Virus record (IMG/VR): IMGVR_UViG_3300045988_166951
Strand: one strand, 5' to 3'
DNA length: 39,951 nucleotides
Source: a virus
In this document: in pieces, positions 1 to 7,889 of the stretch
How positions within the stretch are numbered: position 1 is the first letter of the stretch
Layout of the letters: each line of letters begins with the position of its first letter
Notes under the pieces: model-generated
Seen by the model: the letters and a program-made list of their open reading frames with translations, nothing else
Database searches by the model: none
Told to the model about the DNA's origin: nothing
Position numbers and translations under genes: made by a program

Positions 1-701
1 CAAGAGATTTAACTTCTATGTGTATAGAATTCTTAGAAGAGGTAAAAAGACTTACAGGAAAAGAAGTAGTTGTATATACTTATACAAGTTTTGCAAATAA
101 CTATATAGATAGCAGATTAGGGAATTATCCAGTTTGGATTGCACATTATGGAGTGTCTACACCAGGAGCTAATAATATTTGGACAAGTTGGATTGGATTT
201 CAATATTCAGAAAATGGAACTGTAGCTGGTGTTGATGGTGATTGCGATATGAATGAGTTTACAGAAGAAATACTTATTAATTCTAATAACTTTAATTTAA
301 ACAATGCAACTACAAAAAATGTTGATACCCATCTTAATATAAGAGTAAAAGGAAGTTCAAGTTCTAGTATTGTTGGAACAATACCTGCTGGTGAAAAATT
401 CGTAATAAAATGGGTAGATTCAGAATATTTAGGTTGGTATTATATACAATATAAAAATATGACTGGTTATGTTAATGCCGATTATGTAGAAAAATTACAA
501 ATGGCTACTACTCATAATGTAAGTACTTTTTTAAATGTAAGAGAAGAAGGATCAATCAATTCTAAAATAGTAGATAAGATAAATGTAAATGATATTTTTA
601 GAATAGATTGGGTGGATTCTGATTTCATTGGATGGTATAGAATAACAACTAAAAATGGAAAAGTTGGATTTGTTAATGCTGAATTCGTTAAGAAGCTTTA
701 A
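1..701 (+). CDS. Endolysin, C-terminal part (end of GH25 muramidase domain plus two tandem SH3_3-type wall-binding repeats). Continues the CDS that runs off the window end at 39951.
   Basis: Same reading phase as the ORF starting at 39569. Nt 1-55 duplicate nt 39897-39951. Joined product 39569..39951 + 56..701 = 342 aa. Two ~65-aa repeats ([18 protein letters not shown]...[22 protein letters not shown] and [18 protein letters not shown]...[23 protein letters not shown]). Stop at 699-701. Confidence 0.85.
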   Translation, partial: RDLTSMCIEFLEEVKRLTGKEVVVYTYTSFANNYIDSRLGNYPVWIAHYGVSTPGANNIWTSWIGFQYSENGTVAGVDGDCDMNEFTEEILINSNNFNLNNATTKNVDTHLNIRVKGSSSSSIVGTIPAGEKFVIKWVDSEYLGWYYIQYKNMTGYVNADYVEKLQMATTHNVSTFLNVREEGSINSKIVDKINVNDIFRIDWVDSDFIGWYRITTKNGKVGFVNAEFVKKL

Positions 702-816
702 CAAAATTGAATGTTATTTTTATTTTATGTTAATAAATAAAAAATTTATTGATAAAATAAATATAAAGTCTATATAATTAAGGCATATTCTACTTTAACT
801 ATTAGACAATTAAGAT

Positions 817-855
817 GAGAGATAGGTATATTTATATGCCTATCTCTCTTTTTTT
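817..855 (+). terminator. Rho-independent terminator after the lysis cassette
   Basis: Perfect 10-bp stem GAGAGATAGG (817-826) / CCTATCTCTC (839-848), 12-nt loop, T7 run 849-855. Confidence 0.8.
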
Positions 856-1039
856 AGTTTAAATAAGTATAAAAGCGTAAGTGATTTTAAACACCTTTAT
901 TAACGCTTTAATCATTTAACTATAACCCAGTTATTAATATACTCAAATTTATAAATTATATTCATAAAAAATAAGAACTTTATCCATTAACAAAAATGTT
1001 ATATAATGTTAATGAATAATTTACTAGGAGGACAAAATA

Positions 1040-1555
1040 ATGAAAAAAGGATTATTTGTTTTATTAAGTGCTATGGTTATTTCGGGAGCATTAGTAGGGT
1101 GTGGAAGTGATACTCCTAAAAAGGTCGAAGGTCAAAAGCAAGAACAACAGCAAGAACAGCAAAGTAAAGTAGAAACTTTTAAAGTTGGTGATACTATACA
1201 AACTAAAGATTTCAAGATAACTATCAATTCGGTTGAAACAGAAAATGGTGGAGAATTTGTAAAACCTAAAGATGGCAATGAATTTTTAAAATTAGATATT
1301 ACAATAGAAAATATATCAAAAGAAGCTCAAGCAATATCTTCTGTAATAATGTTTAAAGTTGTAGACAAAGATGGTAGAGCTTACGATCAAGCATTTACAG
1401 AAAACCAAAATGGTCAGCTTGATGGTGAAGTTGGACCAGGAAGAAAAATGACAGGAGAATATGTAGTAGAAGTACCTAAAGGAGCTACTGGATTACAATT
1501 AGAATTTGATAGCTCTCTATTAACTGGTGGACAAGTTATAGTAGATTTAAATTAA
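1040..1555 (+). CDS. Secreted lipoprotein with DUF4352-like Ig-fold domain (moron)
   Basis: RBS AGGAGG 8 nt upstream. Signal peptide with lipobox LVGC (MKKGLFVLLSAMVISGALVG|C). Gln/Glu-rich linker, then the pattern FKVGD...ITINSVE...G.EFLKLDITIENISKE...F.VVDKDGR.Y...PG....G..V.EVPKG typical of DUF4352. Confidence 0.75.
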   Translation: MKKGLFVLLSAMVISGALVGCGSDTPKKVEGQKQEQQQEQQSKVETFKVGDTIQTKDFKITINSVETENGGEFVKPKDGNEFLKLDITIENISKEAQAISSVIMFKVVDKDGRAYDQAFTENQNGQLDGEVGPGRKMTGEYVVEVPKGATGLQLEFDSSLLTGGQVIVDLN

Positions 1556-1625
1556 GAAGTAAAAAAGACTAGGAAATGAAGTGAACCCCAAATATTCCTA
1601 AAAATAAAAGACTAAGTCAGGAAAT

Positions 1626-2429
1626 TTATTTTCCTGACTTTCTTAATTTTATACGTTCTGTATTATAAAATAATATCCATTCCTCAACCAAATTTATGTA
1701 CTCTTCTAAAGAATTAATATCGTTATTATATAAAGTTTCTTTTTTTAATATTGAATGAAAGCTTTCCATTGGTGATGCATCAATTGGAGTTCCTTTTCTG
1801 GACATTGATATTTGAATACCATTAGATTCACAAATAGCTTTATACTCAAAAGATGTATATTGAAATCCTTGATCGGAATGGATTATCAATCCAGACACTT
1901 TTTTTCTCCTAGCTATTGCTTCATTTAAAGTATCAATAACTATTCCAATATTATTTACCTTTGAAATCTTATATGCAACAACCTTCCTATCATATAAATC
2001 AAGAATAGTAGACAAATAAGCTTTTTTTCCATTGAATATTAAAAAAGTTATATCCGTTGTCCATATTTTGTTAGGTTTGTCTGTATTAAATTTTCTCTTA
2101 AGTAAATTAGGTTTAATATTTTCTTCAATTCTTTTATATCTTTGATTTTGCTTTTTTTTAACATATTTAGCTTTTAAATTATATTTTTTCATTATTCTTT
2201 GAACTTTTTTATGATTAAATATTACACCATATTTAATTTTTAAACCTTCAGTTATCCTACGATATCCATATGTACCTTTAGAGTCATCAAATATTTCTTT
2301 TATTATAAGATAATCATAATAATCCGGATCATCGGAATTCTTATACTTATAGTAAGTTTTTTTATTAATATCTAAAGCATCACACATATTTGAAAGTTTA
2401 TATGTATCAATATACAAATTAATAAACAT
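1626..2429 (-). CDS. IS3-family transposase OrfB (DDE/rve catalytic core)
   Basis: Motifs YGYRRIT, PNKIWTTDITF (first D), IIHSDQGFQYTS (second D), NASPMESFHSILKKE (E). ATG overlaps the OrfA stop (TAATG) in the -1 frame. Confidence 0.85.
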   Translation of the reverse strand: MFINLYIDTYKLSNMCDALDINKKTYYKYKNSDDPDYYDYLIIKEIFDDSKGTYGYRRITEGLKIKYGVIFNHKKVQRIMKKYNLKAKYVKKKQNQRYKRIEENIKPNLLKRKFNTDKPNKIWTTDITFLIFNGKKAYLSTILDLYDRKVVAYKISKVNNIGIVIDTLNEAIARRKKVSGLIIHSDQGFQYTSFEYKAICESNGIQISMSRKGTPIDASPMESFHSILKKETLYNNDINSLEEYINLVEEWILFYNTERIKLRKSGK

Positions 2430-2707
2430 TACTTTTTCTCTCGTTGTGCTTTTATGAAGGCTCGGTATTTTTTTAATATTTCATATCTTTCTTTATAATC
2501 TATATTATCTGTCTTTTTTCTACCACGATTTTCTTTTAATGTTTCTAAGTTTATCCCCTTTTTATAAAAATTATAATACCACCCCTTAATAGTTGAATCT
2601 GGTATGTTGTATTTCCTTTCCAATGAATAAAAACTTTCTTCACCACTTAAATATTCATCTATTATTTTTTTCTTGAATTCATTTGAATATTTATTATTTT
2701 TGCGCAT
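2429..2707 (-). CDS. IS3-family transposase OrfA (HTH plus leucine-zipper-like region)
   Basis: 92 aa, basic, HTH-like YSLERKYNIPDSTIKGWY. The 3' end reads GAG AAA AAG TAA TG, an A-rich candidate -1 slip site. The -1 frame is open across the junction, allowing an OrfAB fusion. Confidence 0.8.
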   Translation of the reverse strand: MRKNNKYSNEFKKKIIDEYLSGEESFYSLERKYNIPDSTIKGWYYNFYKKGINLETLKENRGRKKTDNIDYKERYEILKKYRAFIKAQREKK

Positions 2708-2813
2708 AAAAATAACACCTCACTTTCTTGAGATGTTATTTTAAACTAAATTAGTCTTTTTTTAAAGTCCCCATAAAGGGGTTCACTTCAAAACCTAGTC
2801 TTTTTATATAATT

Positions 2814-2863
2814 CATAACTATTTGAAACCACTAGTAGTACGAGGTGTCTTTAAACAGTTATG
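2814..2863. other. Candidate attP for the serine integrase (50-bp imperfect inverted repeat)
   Basis: CATAACTATTTGAAACCAC...GTGTCTTTAAACAGTTATG. The outer 7 bp are perfect and 15 of the first 19 arm positions are symmetric, around a locally GC-richer centre at about 2838/2839. It sits immediately 3' of int and overlaps its stop codon. No T-run, so it is not a terminator. Confidence 0.4.
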
Positions 2864-4331
2864 AAATTATTATGTTTTTTCCATCCCAAACGACCTTATT
2901 AATAACCCCCCTTATAGAATTTTGTTTTTCTTCCATATCCATATTTTCAAAGTCTTCTATAAAATGTTTTCTATTTTCTTCTTTTAATTTAAAATCTTCT
3001 TTATTATAAGATGATGCAATCTCTTCTTTTTCTAACAAATCTATTTTATTCTGTAAATCATTTATATCAATATTCACACTATTCATTTTTTCTATAATTA
3101 TATTTGCTAGATTGGAATCTACTAAAGCGAGTTTATCTATTAATCCATCCAGTATTTTTTTCTTTTCTTCTAGTTCTTTAAGCATAGATTTTTTAATCTT
3201 AGAATTATCTTTATTTATAATATTATTATTCTTCTTAATTTCATCAAAGAAATTAACATCTTTTAATGTTGTTAAAATATCATTTTCAAGCTCTGAAACA
3301 TCTTTAAATGTATTACCACATTTATTAGGGCAGGAAAAATATAATTTTCTCGTACCATCTTTCCTTTTTTGGCCCAATGTTACAAGCATATTCGCACCAC
3401 AGATACCGCATTTAACCATCTGCGCTAGAAAAGTTTTAGTGCTTATACGTGGTGCTTTCTTACCTTCGAATGTTTTTAATCTTTCTTGAGCTTTTATAAA
3501 TGTGTCCAAATCAATTACAGCTTCATGTCTACTTATACAGGCTATTTTTAAACCATCAGTATTTTTAATCTTTTTACCATTAACAACTTTATATTTACCA
3601 TAAGGCAAGTAACCATATCCATCAGGTTGTCCTATAACTTCATAACCAAGAACTTGCTTTAAATATATATTTGCATCTTTAGAGCTTTGTAAGTAAGTTA
3701 TATTATGCAATATTCTACTTATCTTTTTCTTATCACAATTAAATTCATTGCCAAGTTTAATTATACCTTTACCATTAATAAATTCATTAAAAATATATTT
3801 TATATTTTTTTCATCTTCTAATTCTAAGTACTTCCCACCATCTATAGTTACTACTTTGTATCCAAAAGGTGGAGTACCACCAGTCCAACGGCCTTGTTTA
3901 GCTAAATTAAGCATACTATCTGAAACTCTTTGTTTTATATTTTCTCTTTCCATTTCAGCAAGTGAAGCAAGTAAAGTCATCATTAATCTACCTGCTGGAG
4001 TAGAAGGATCATATTTATCTTCAACGCAAATTAAATCAATTCCATATTCTTTTAAAGTGTTAAAAGTAGTAAGGAAATCTAAGGTATTTCTAGCTATTCT
4101 ATCTAACTTATAACAAGCTACAGTATCAAATTTACCTTCCATGGCATCAGCCATAAGGCGTTGAAAAGCTGGTCTATTAGTATTTCCACCACTAAAACCA
4201 TCATCTTTATAAATTATAAATTCATTTTTATCTTTAAAGTAGTGTTTAATCACCTCTGTTTGAGCTTCAAGGGAGATAGAGTTTTCATCTCCCTTTACAG
4301 ACTTTCTTATATAAATGGCTATTCTTTTCAT
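2859..4331 (-). CDS. int: Large serine recombinase (phage integrase)
   Basis: N-terminal resolvase domain (IAIYIRKSVKGDENSISLEAQ, DDGFSGGNTNRPAFQRLM, YKLDRIARN). Recombinase domain (GGTPPFGYK). Zinc ribbon (CGICGANM...FSCPNKCGN). Long C-terminal coiled coil. 490 aa. Confidence 0.9.
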   Translation of the reverse strand: MKRIAIYIRKSVKGDENSISLEAQTEVIKHYFKDKNEFIIYKDDGFSGGNTNRPAFQRLMADAMEGKFDTVACYKLDRIARNTLDFLTTFNTLKEYGIDLICVEDKYDPSTPAGRLMMTLLASLAEMERENIKQRVSDSMLNLAKQGRWTGGTPPFGYKVVTIDGGKYLELEDEKNIKYIFNEFINGKGIIKLGNEFNCDKKKISRILHNITYLQSSKDANIYLKQVLGYEVIGQPDGYGYLPYGKYKVVNGKKIKNTDGLKIACISRHEAVIDLDTFIKAQERLKTFEGKKAPRISTKTFLAQMVKCGICGANMLVTLGQKRKDGTRKLYFSCPNKCGNTFKDVSELENDILTTLKDVNFFDEIKKNNNIINKDNSKIKKSMLKELEEKKKILDGLIDKLALVDSNLANIIIEKMNSVNIDINDLQNKIDLLEKEEIASSYNKEDFKLKEENRKHFIEDFENMDMEEKQNSIRGVINKVVWDGKNIIIS

Positions 4332-4429
4332 GTTATCACCTCATATATTTAAATTATTTTAATATAGATAATTTTATGTAAATATAGTAATATTAATAAT
4401 AAGATTTTAGTAAAGGATTTTGATTTATA

Positions 4430-4759
4430 ATGGAAGTAAAAAAAACAAAAGAACTATTAATATCATCTATTTTAAGTATCGTTTATTTAGCTATTTTAAT
4501 GATATTTATATTAATGCCACCTAGAGATATGCTTATAGTAAATTTTTTTATTCCCCATATAATACTAGTAATTTTGGCATTAACATTTAATTTTATAGGA
4601 TACTTTTTTAATAAAGGAAGTTTTGTATTAATATCTATTTTATTTTATTTAGTCGGTGGGTTATTTCCAATGTTTATATTAATGATATTTTTTATACCGA
4701 GTATATTATTAAGTTTTATAGGATATATAAGATTGAAAAATAGAAGTGTTAGATATTAA
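4430..4759 (+). CDS. Small polytopic membrane protein (about 4 TM), unknown function
   Basis: 109 aa, almost entirely hydrophobic segments. Located in the lysogeny module between int and the ImmA-like gene, divergent from int. Confidence 0.55.
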   Translation: MEVKKTKELLISSILSIVYLAILMIFILMPPRDMLIVNFFIPHIILVILALTFNFIGYFFNKGSFVLISILFYLVGGLFPMFILMIFFIPSILLSFIGYIRLKNRSVRY

Positions 4760-4760
4760 T

Positions 4761-5279
4761 TTATCTAACACTTTCTTTAGAATATAATCTTTCATTTGAA
4801 AAAGGATAAATTTCTTCACCATAAAAATTGAGTAGTTTTAACGGATCAAAGCGTAATAAATAATCGTTTCCAACAAAATATATACCATATTTACGTTTAT
4901 AAAATTCAATTGCTTCATAAAAAAAGCTTTCAGTAATATTAAAATATTCAGTTACTCCTTCTATAGAATTAATACCTATTGATAACGCTTCTATTAAGTT
5001 ATTAATAGGTATTAAGTTTTCATAAGACCATTTTCTAGCCAATAATTCTTGTTTAACATCTTTTACATCTTGTAATTTTGTTATATTACCAACAGTTAGT
5101 TTATAATGTCCTAATTCTTCTGCTAGCAAACAATATTTTTCTTCAGTGCTAGTATTTTTATTTATATATATTATGTTTCCTTTACATTTAGCACAGGGTT
5201 TATTACTTTTACAATCAACTTCAACTACAAGAACTCCTTCGTTTTCTGCTTTTATTAATAATTTTTCATATTTGTTCAT
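4761..5279 (-). CDS. ImmA/IrrE-family (M78-like) metallopeptidase homologue with variant metal motif
   Basis: 172 aa directly downstream of, and co-oriented with, the XRE repressor. Motif region reads CLLAEELGHYKL, where the family consensus is AHELGH. Confidence 0.6.
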   Translation of the reverse strand: MNKYEKLLIKAENEGVLVVEVDCKSNKPCAKCKGNIIYINKNTSTEEKYCLLAEELGHYKLTVGNITKLQDVKDVKQELLARKWSYENLIPINNLIEALSIGINSIEGVTEYFNITESFFYEAIEFYKRKYGIYFVGNDYLLRFDPLKLLNFYGEEIYPFSNERLYSKESVR

Positions 5280-5304
5280 TGTAAATATTCCTCCAAGTTA
5301 AAAG

Positions 5305-5829
5305 CTATTTTTTATGAGTTCTTTCGTATTCAGCAATAGCTTCATCCATAAAGTCTTTTTCTTCATCAGTAAGATTATCATCATGGCAAGCAATAGGCAT
5401 AAGATATTCTTTACCTGGTTCCTCCCATATTTGCTTTTCTTTTTTAGGAATAGTAGTAACATTATCTTTTTGATACTTAGGCATTTCTATTAAGTCTTTA
5501 GTATAATTAATAACTTTATTTTTACCTATATTATTTAATTTTCTTAAATCTTCTATATGTTGTTGTTCTTCATTAGATAGTTTATTATTATTTTCGTTTT
5601 CATCAAAACCTAAAAGCCATAAGGGACTTACATCTAAAGCAGTTGCTATAATACCCAGTTTATCAACAGGCATATTCTTTATTGAACCAGTTTCGTATCT
5701 TTGTAATGTAGATTTACTCATATTAGTTTTTGATGCTAAATCTTGATAAGAAAGTTTAAGCTCTAAACGTCTACTTTGTATTCGGTTCATTATATTTTTT
5801 ATTTTTGAATCATCAAGTAAGTTATTCAT
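5305..5829 (-). CDS. XRE-family HTH repressor (CI/ImmR-like), no S24 peptidase domain
   Basis: HTH LSYQDLASKTNMSKSTLQRYETG. RBS GAGGTG. Divergent from the cro-like gene. The C-terminal half has no Ser/Lys autoprotease motifs. Confidence 0.8.
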   Translation of the reverse strand: MNNLLDDSKIKNIMNRIQSRRLELKLSYQDLASKTNMSKSTLQRYETGSIKNMPVDKLGIIATALDVSPLWLLGFDENENNNKLSNEEQQHIEDLRKLNNIGKNKVINYTKDLIEMPKYQKDNVTTIPKKEKQIWEEPGKEYLMPIACHDDNLTDEEKDFMDEAIAEYERTHKK

Positions 5830-5848
5830 TTAATCACCTCATAACTTA

Positions 5849-5876
5849 ATTATAAAATATTTTTTCATAAATGCAA
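5849..5876 (-). promoter_or_regulatory. Putative repressor promoter (TTGCAT-16-TATAAT on the minus strand)
   Basis: -10 TATAAT is the reverse complement of 5849-5854. -35 TTGCAT is the reverse complement of 5871-5876 and coincides with an ATGCAAC operator-like half-site. Confidence 0.45.
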
Positions 5877-5917
5877 CGATTATTTTAAAAAATATAAAAA
5901 AAAGTTGCATAAATGGG

Positions 5918-5946
5918 TTGACATATAAAAAACAAGGTGATATGAT
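5918..5946 (+). promoter_or_regulatory. Early lytic promoter for cro-like operon (TTGACA-17-TATGAT)
   Basis: TTGACA 5918-5923, 17-nt spacer, TATGAT 5941-5946. Flanked by GTTGCAT (5904-5910) and ACGCAAC (5962-5968). Confidence 0.6.
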
Positions 5947-5983
5947 TTAATCATCCCAGATACGCAACAAAGGGGGTGAAGAT

Positions 5984-6220
5984 ATGGCTTATAATAAATT
6001 AAAAGGGATTATGAAAGAGAAAAATTATTCTCAAAGTAAATTGGCAGATATATTGAAGATATCAACTCAAAGTTTAAATGCTAAACTTAATGGGAGAAGT
6101 CAATTTACTATTCAGGAAGCCTTTGAAATTATTTCTATTTTAAAAATAGAAAGTTCAAATGATATAGTAGAAATTTTTTTTAAAAGCAATATCCCAAATA
6201 TGCAACGAAAAATTAGTTAG
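5984..6220 (+). CDS. Cro-like XRE-family HTH protein
   Basis: 78 aa. HTH YSQSKLADILKISTQSLNAKLNG. RBS GGGGGTGAAG. First gene of the rightward operon. Confidence 0.75.
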   Translation: MAYNKLKGIMKEKNYSQSKLADILKISTQSLNAKLNGRSQFTIQEAFEIISILKIESSNDIVEIFFKSNIPNMQRKIS

Positions 6221-6231
6221 GAGGATAAGCA

Positions 6232-7062
6232 ATGCATAATTTAATTGTTAATGGAATGAAAAATATAGATGGAATGAAGTTCCATGATATTGAAGGAGGG
6301 TTTGGAAAAGGTGAAAAATTAATTTTAGTTAAAGAAGTTGCTAGTATTCATAGAAAAGAACTTAAAGCTATTAATCAAGCAATTAACATGAATAGAAATA
6401 GGTTTAAAGATAATATTGACATTATTGATTTGAAAGGAACAGAATTCGAGGTCAATTTAATTGACCACGGAATTTATACTCAAAATGCAATAAATAGAAG
6501 TTCAAATATCTATTCATTATCAGAAAGAGGATATTCAAAACTTCTTAAAATTTTAGAGGATGATTTCGCTTGGGAACAATACGATAAGTTAGTTGATAGA
6601 TATTTCAACATGAGAAAACAATTATCTAGTGGACAAGCACCAAAACAAATAAAACCAAACCTTAAAGAAAAGGAGATACAAACAAGATTTAATAATAGTC
6701 TTGCAAGAAAGGCTAATGCTTTATTAAAGATTGCTAATGATCCTTTAACTACTAAGGAACGTAAGAAAGCTTTATTAGCTCAAGCTACAGAAATATTAAC
6801 TGGACGTAGGGAGATTAAGAGCTTACCACAACCAATAAAGAAAACTTATTCTGCAACAGAAATTGGTAAAAAGTTAGGTATAAGTTCTAATAAGGTTGGA
6901 AGATTAGCAAATGCTCATAATCTAAAAACACCAGAATTCGGTATGTTCTTTAAGCAAACTTTAGAGAAAAATGATAAGGAAGTAGAAGAATTTAAATATT
7001 ATGAGAATGTTATACCAGTTTTACAGAGCTTACTTAATGTACAAGTTAAATTAGATATTTAG
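6232..7062 (+). CDS. ORF6N-domain protein (antirepressor-like)
   Basis: N-terminus FHDIEGGFG.GEKLILVKEVASIH.KELKAINQAINMNRNRF...IDIIDLK matches the ORF6N/KilA-N-type pattern. RBS AGGAGG. Confidence 0.6.
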   Translation: MHNLIVNGMKNIDGMKFHDIEGGFGKGEKLILVKEVASIHRKELKAINQAINMNRNRFKDNIDIIDLKGTEFEVNLIDHGIYTQNAINRSSNIYSLSERGYSKLLKILEDDFAWEQYDKLVDRYFNMRKQLSSGQAPKQIKPNLKEKEIQTRFNNSLARKANALLKIANDPLTTKERKKALLAQATEILTGRREIKSLPQPIKKTYSATEIGKKLGISSNKVGRLANAHNLKTPEFGMFFKQTLEKNDKEVEEFKYYENVIPVLQSLLNVQVKLDI

Positions 7063-7072
7063 GAGGATTAGC

Positions 7073-7198
7073 ATGTTTATAAAAATACCTAAAAATGATA
7101 ATGAAATAGAAGAACAAAATAAAAGAATAACTGGGTACGTAATAAATATCTTAATAAGCATGATAACATCATTGATTATTGTGTTCTTATGTAAATAA
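7073..7198 (+). CDS. 41-aa membrane peptide (below ORF-track cutoff)
   Basis: AGGAGG 6 nt upstream of ATG 7073. MFIKIPKNDNEIEEQNKRITGYVINILISMITSLIIVFLCK has a C-terminal TM helix. Its 3' end overlaps the convergent gene by 12 nt. Confidence 0.5.
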   Translation: MFIKIPKNDNEIEEQNKRITGYVINILISMITSLIIVFLCK

Positions 7199-7528
7199 AG
7201 ATTTAATAAACAATCCAATTAAAGTAGTGAAAATAGAAACTATTATTGGTACTAGGATACTTTTCATTAGAAAATCTTTCATTTTAATAAAAGAAAGTTC
7301 TTTATAAGCGAATGCTTTATGAAAAAGCTTTATATAAGTAACTTCATTGTCTATATTTTTTTCATAAGAAAGATAGCCTTCTTTTTGAAGATAATCTAAT
7401 ACACAAATAAGTTTATTTGAATCAAATGATTTAGGTAAGCAGCTTGAAATAGTAGACCAGCCCAATAAATAAGTAGATTTACTATTAATTAAACAATCTA
7501 ATAAAATTTTACATTCTTTAGTTAACAC
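7187..7528 (-). CDS. Hypothetical protein with C-terminal TM anchor (minus-strand moron)
   Basis: The ORF is open to 7546 (TTG), but AAGGAG (7542-7537) sits 8 nt before GTG 7528, which favours that start. C-terminal TM SILVPIIVSIFTTLIGLFIKSLF. Confidence 0.55.
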   Translation of the reverse strand: MLTKECKILLDCLINSKSTYLLGWSTISSCLPKSFDSNKLICVLDYLQKEGYLSYEKNIDNEVTYIKLFHKAFAYKELSFIKMKDFLMKSILVPIIVSIFTTLIGLFIKSLFT

Positions 7529-7667
7529 AAATTTCACTCCTTTCAATGATATTTTACCATAAAAATATTATTGAAAAAAAGAAGAAATAGATATTGTTAA
7601 TAATCAAAGTCAATTAAATATTTAGACCATATTCTTAATGTCAGCAAAATGGAAGGAGAGATTAAAT

Positions 7668-7889
7668 ATGAAAGAAAAAGAAATCGCTAGTATAACTAGA
7701 CAATTTATAGAACAAGAAAAAAATGCTAGGGAAAACTTTAAAGAAGGAACACTTGAATATGTAAATAATTCACTTGGCCTTGATTTATCAGAAGAACAAT
7801 TTTCAGCACTTGCAATATTTGATTTTACAACAAAAGAATATCGTTTGGTTGAAATATTGAAAGTGCTAAAAATTTTAAATGTTATATAG
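7668..7889 (+). CDS. Hypothetical protein (73 aa)
   Basis: GGAAGGAGAG RBS before ATG 7668 (the track start at 7638 lacks an RBS). Its 3' end overlaps the convergent gene by 15 nt. Confidence 0.55.
   Translation: MKEKEIASITRQFIEQEKNARENFKEGTLEYVNNSLGLDLSEEQFSALAIFDFTTKEYRLVEILKVLKILNVI

Larger units (their letters stand above)
1577..2790 (-). mobile_element. IS3-family insertion sequence (IS150-like organisation), 1214 bp
   Basis: Terminal inverted repeats TGAAGTGAACCCC (1577-1589) / GGGGTTCACTTCA (2778-2790) with TG...CA ends. 3-bp direct repeat AAA (1574-1576 and 2791-2793). OrfA and OrfB lie in 0/-1 frames. Confidence 0.85.

Noticed and set aside
1-55. Reading the 55-nt end duplication as a physical direct terminal repeat or cos region
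   Set aside because: It lies inside the endolysin coding sequence and exactly restores the reading frame. The terminase is a headful (PBSX) type. The length equals a common assembler k-mer, so an assembly overlap of a circular contig is the simpler explanation.
874-907. Imperfect palindrome AGCGTAAGTGATTTTAAACACCTTTATTAACGCT as an alternative attP
   Set aside because: Only the outer 5 bp are symmetric and the arms are otherwise degenerate (9 of 17 positions). It is not adjacent to int. The 2814-2863 repeat is a much better fit, though this site remains a fallback if junction data disagree.
3112-4352. Three plus-strand ORFs (3112-3489, 3748-4113, 4161-4352) inside the integrase gene
   Set aside because: They are antisense shadows of a strongly supported 490-aa serine recombinase. 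Their Ser/Leu/Phe/Ile-rich low-complexity translations are typical of the reverse frame of AT-rich coding DNA. None has an RBS.
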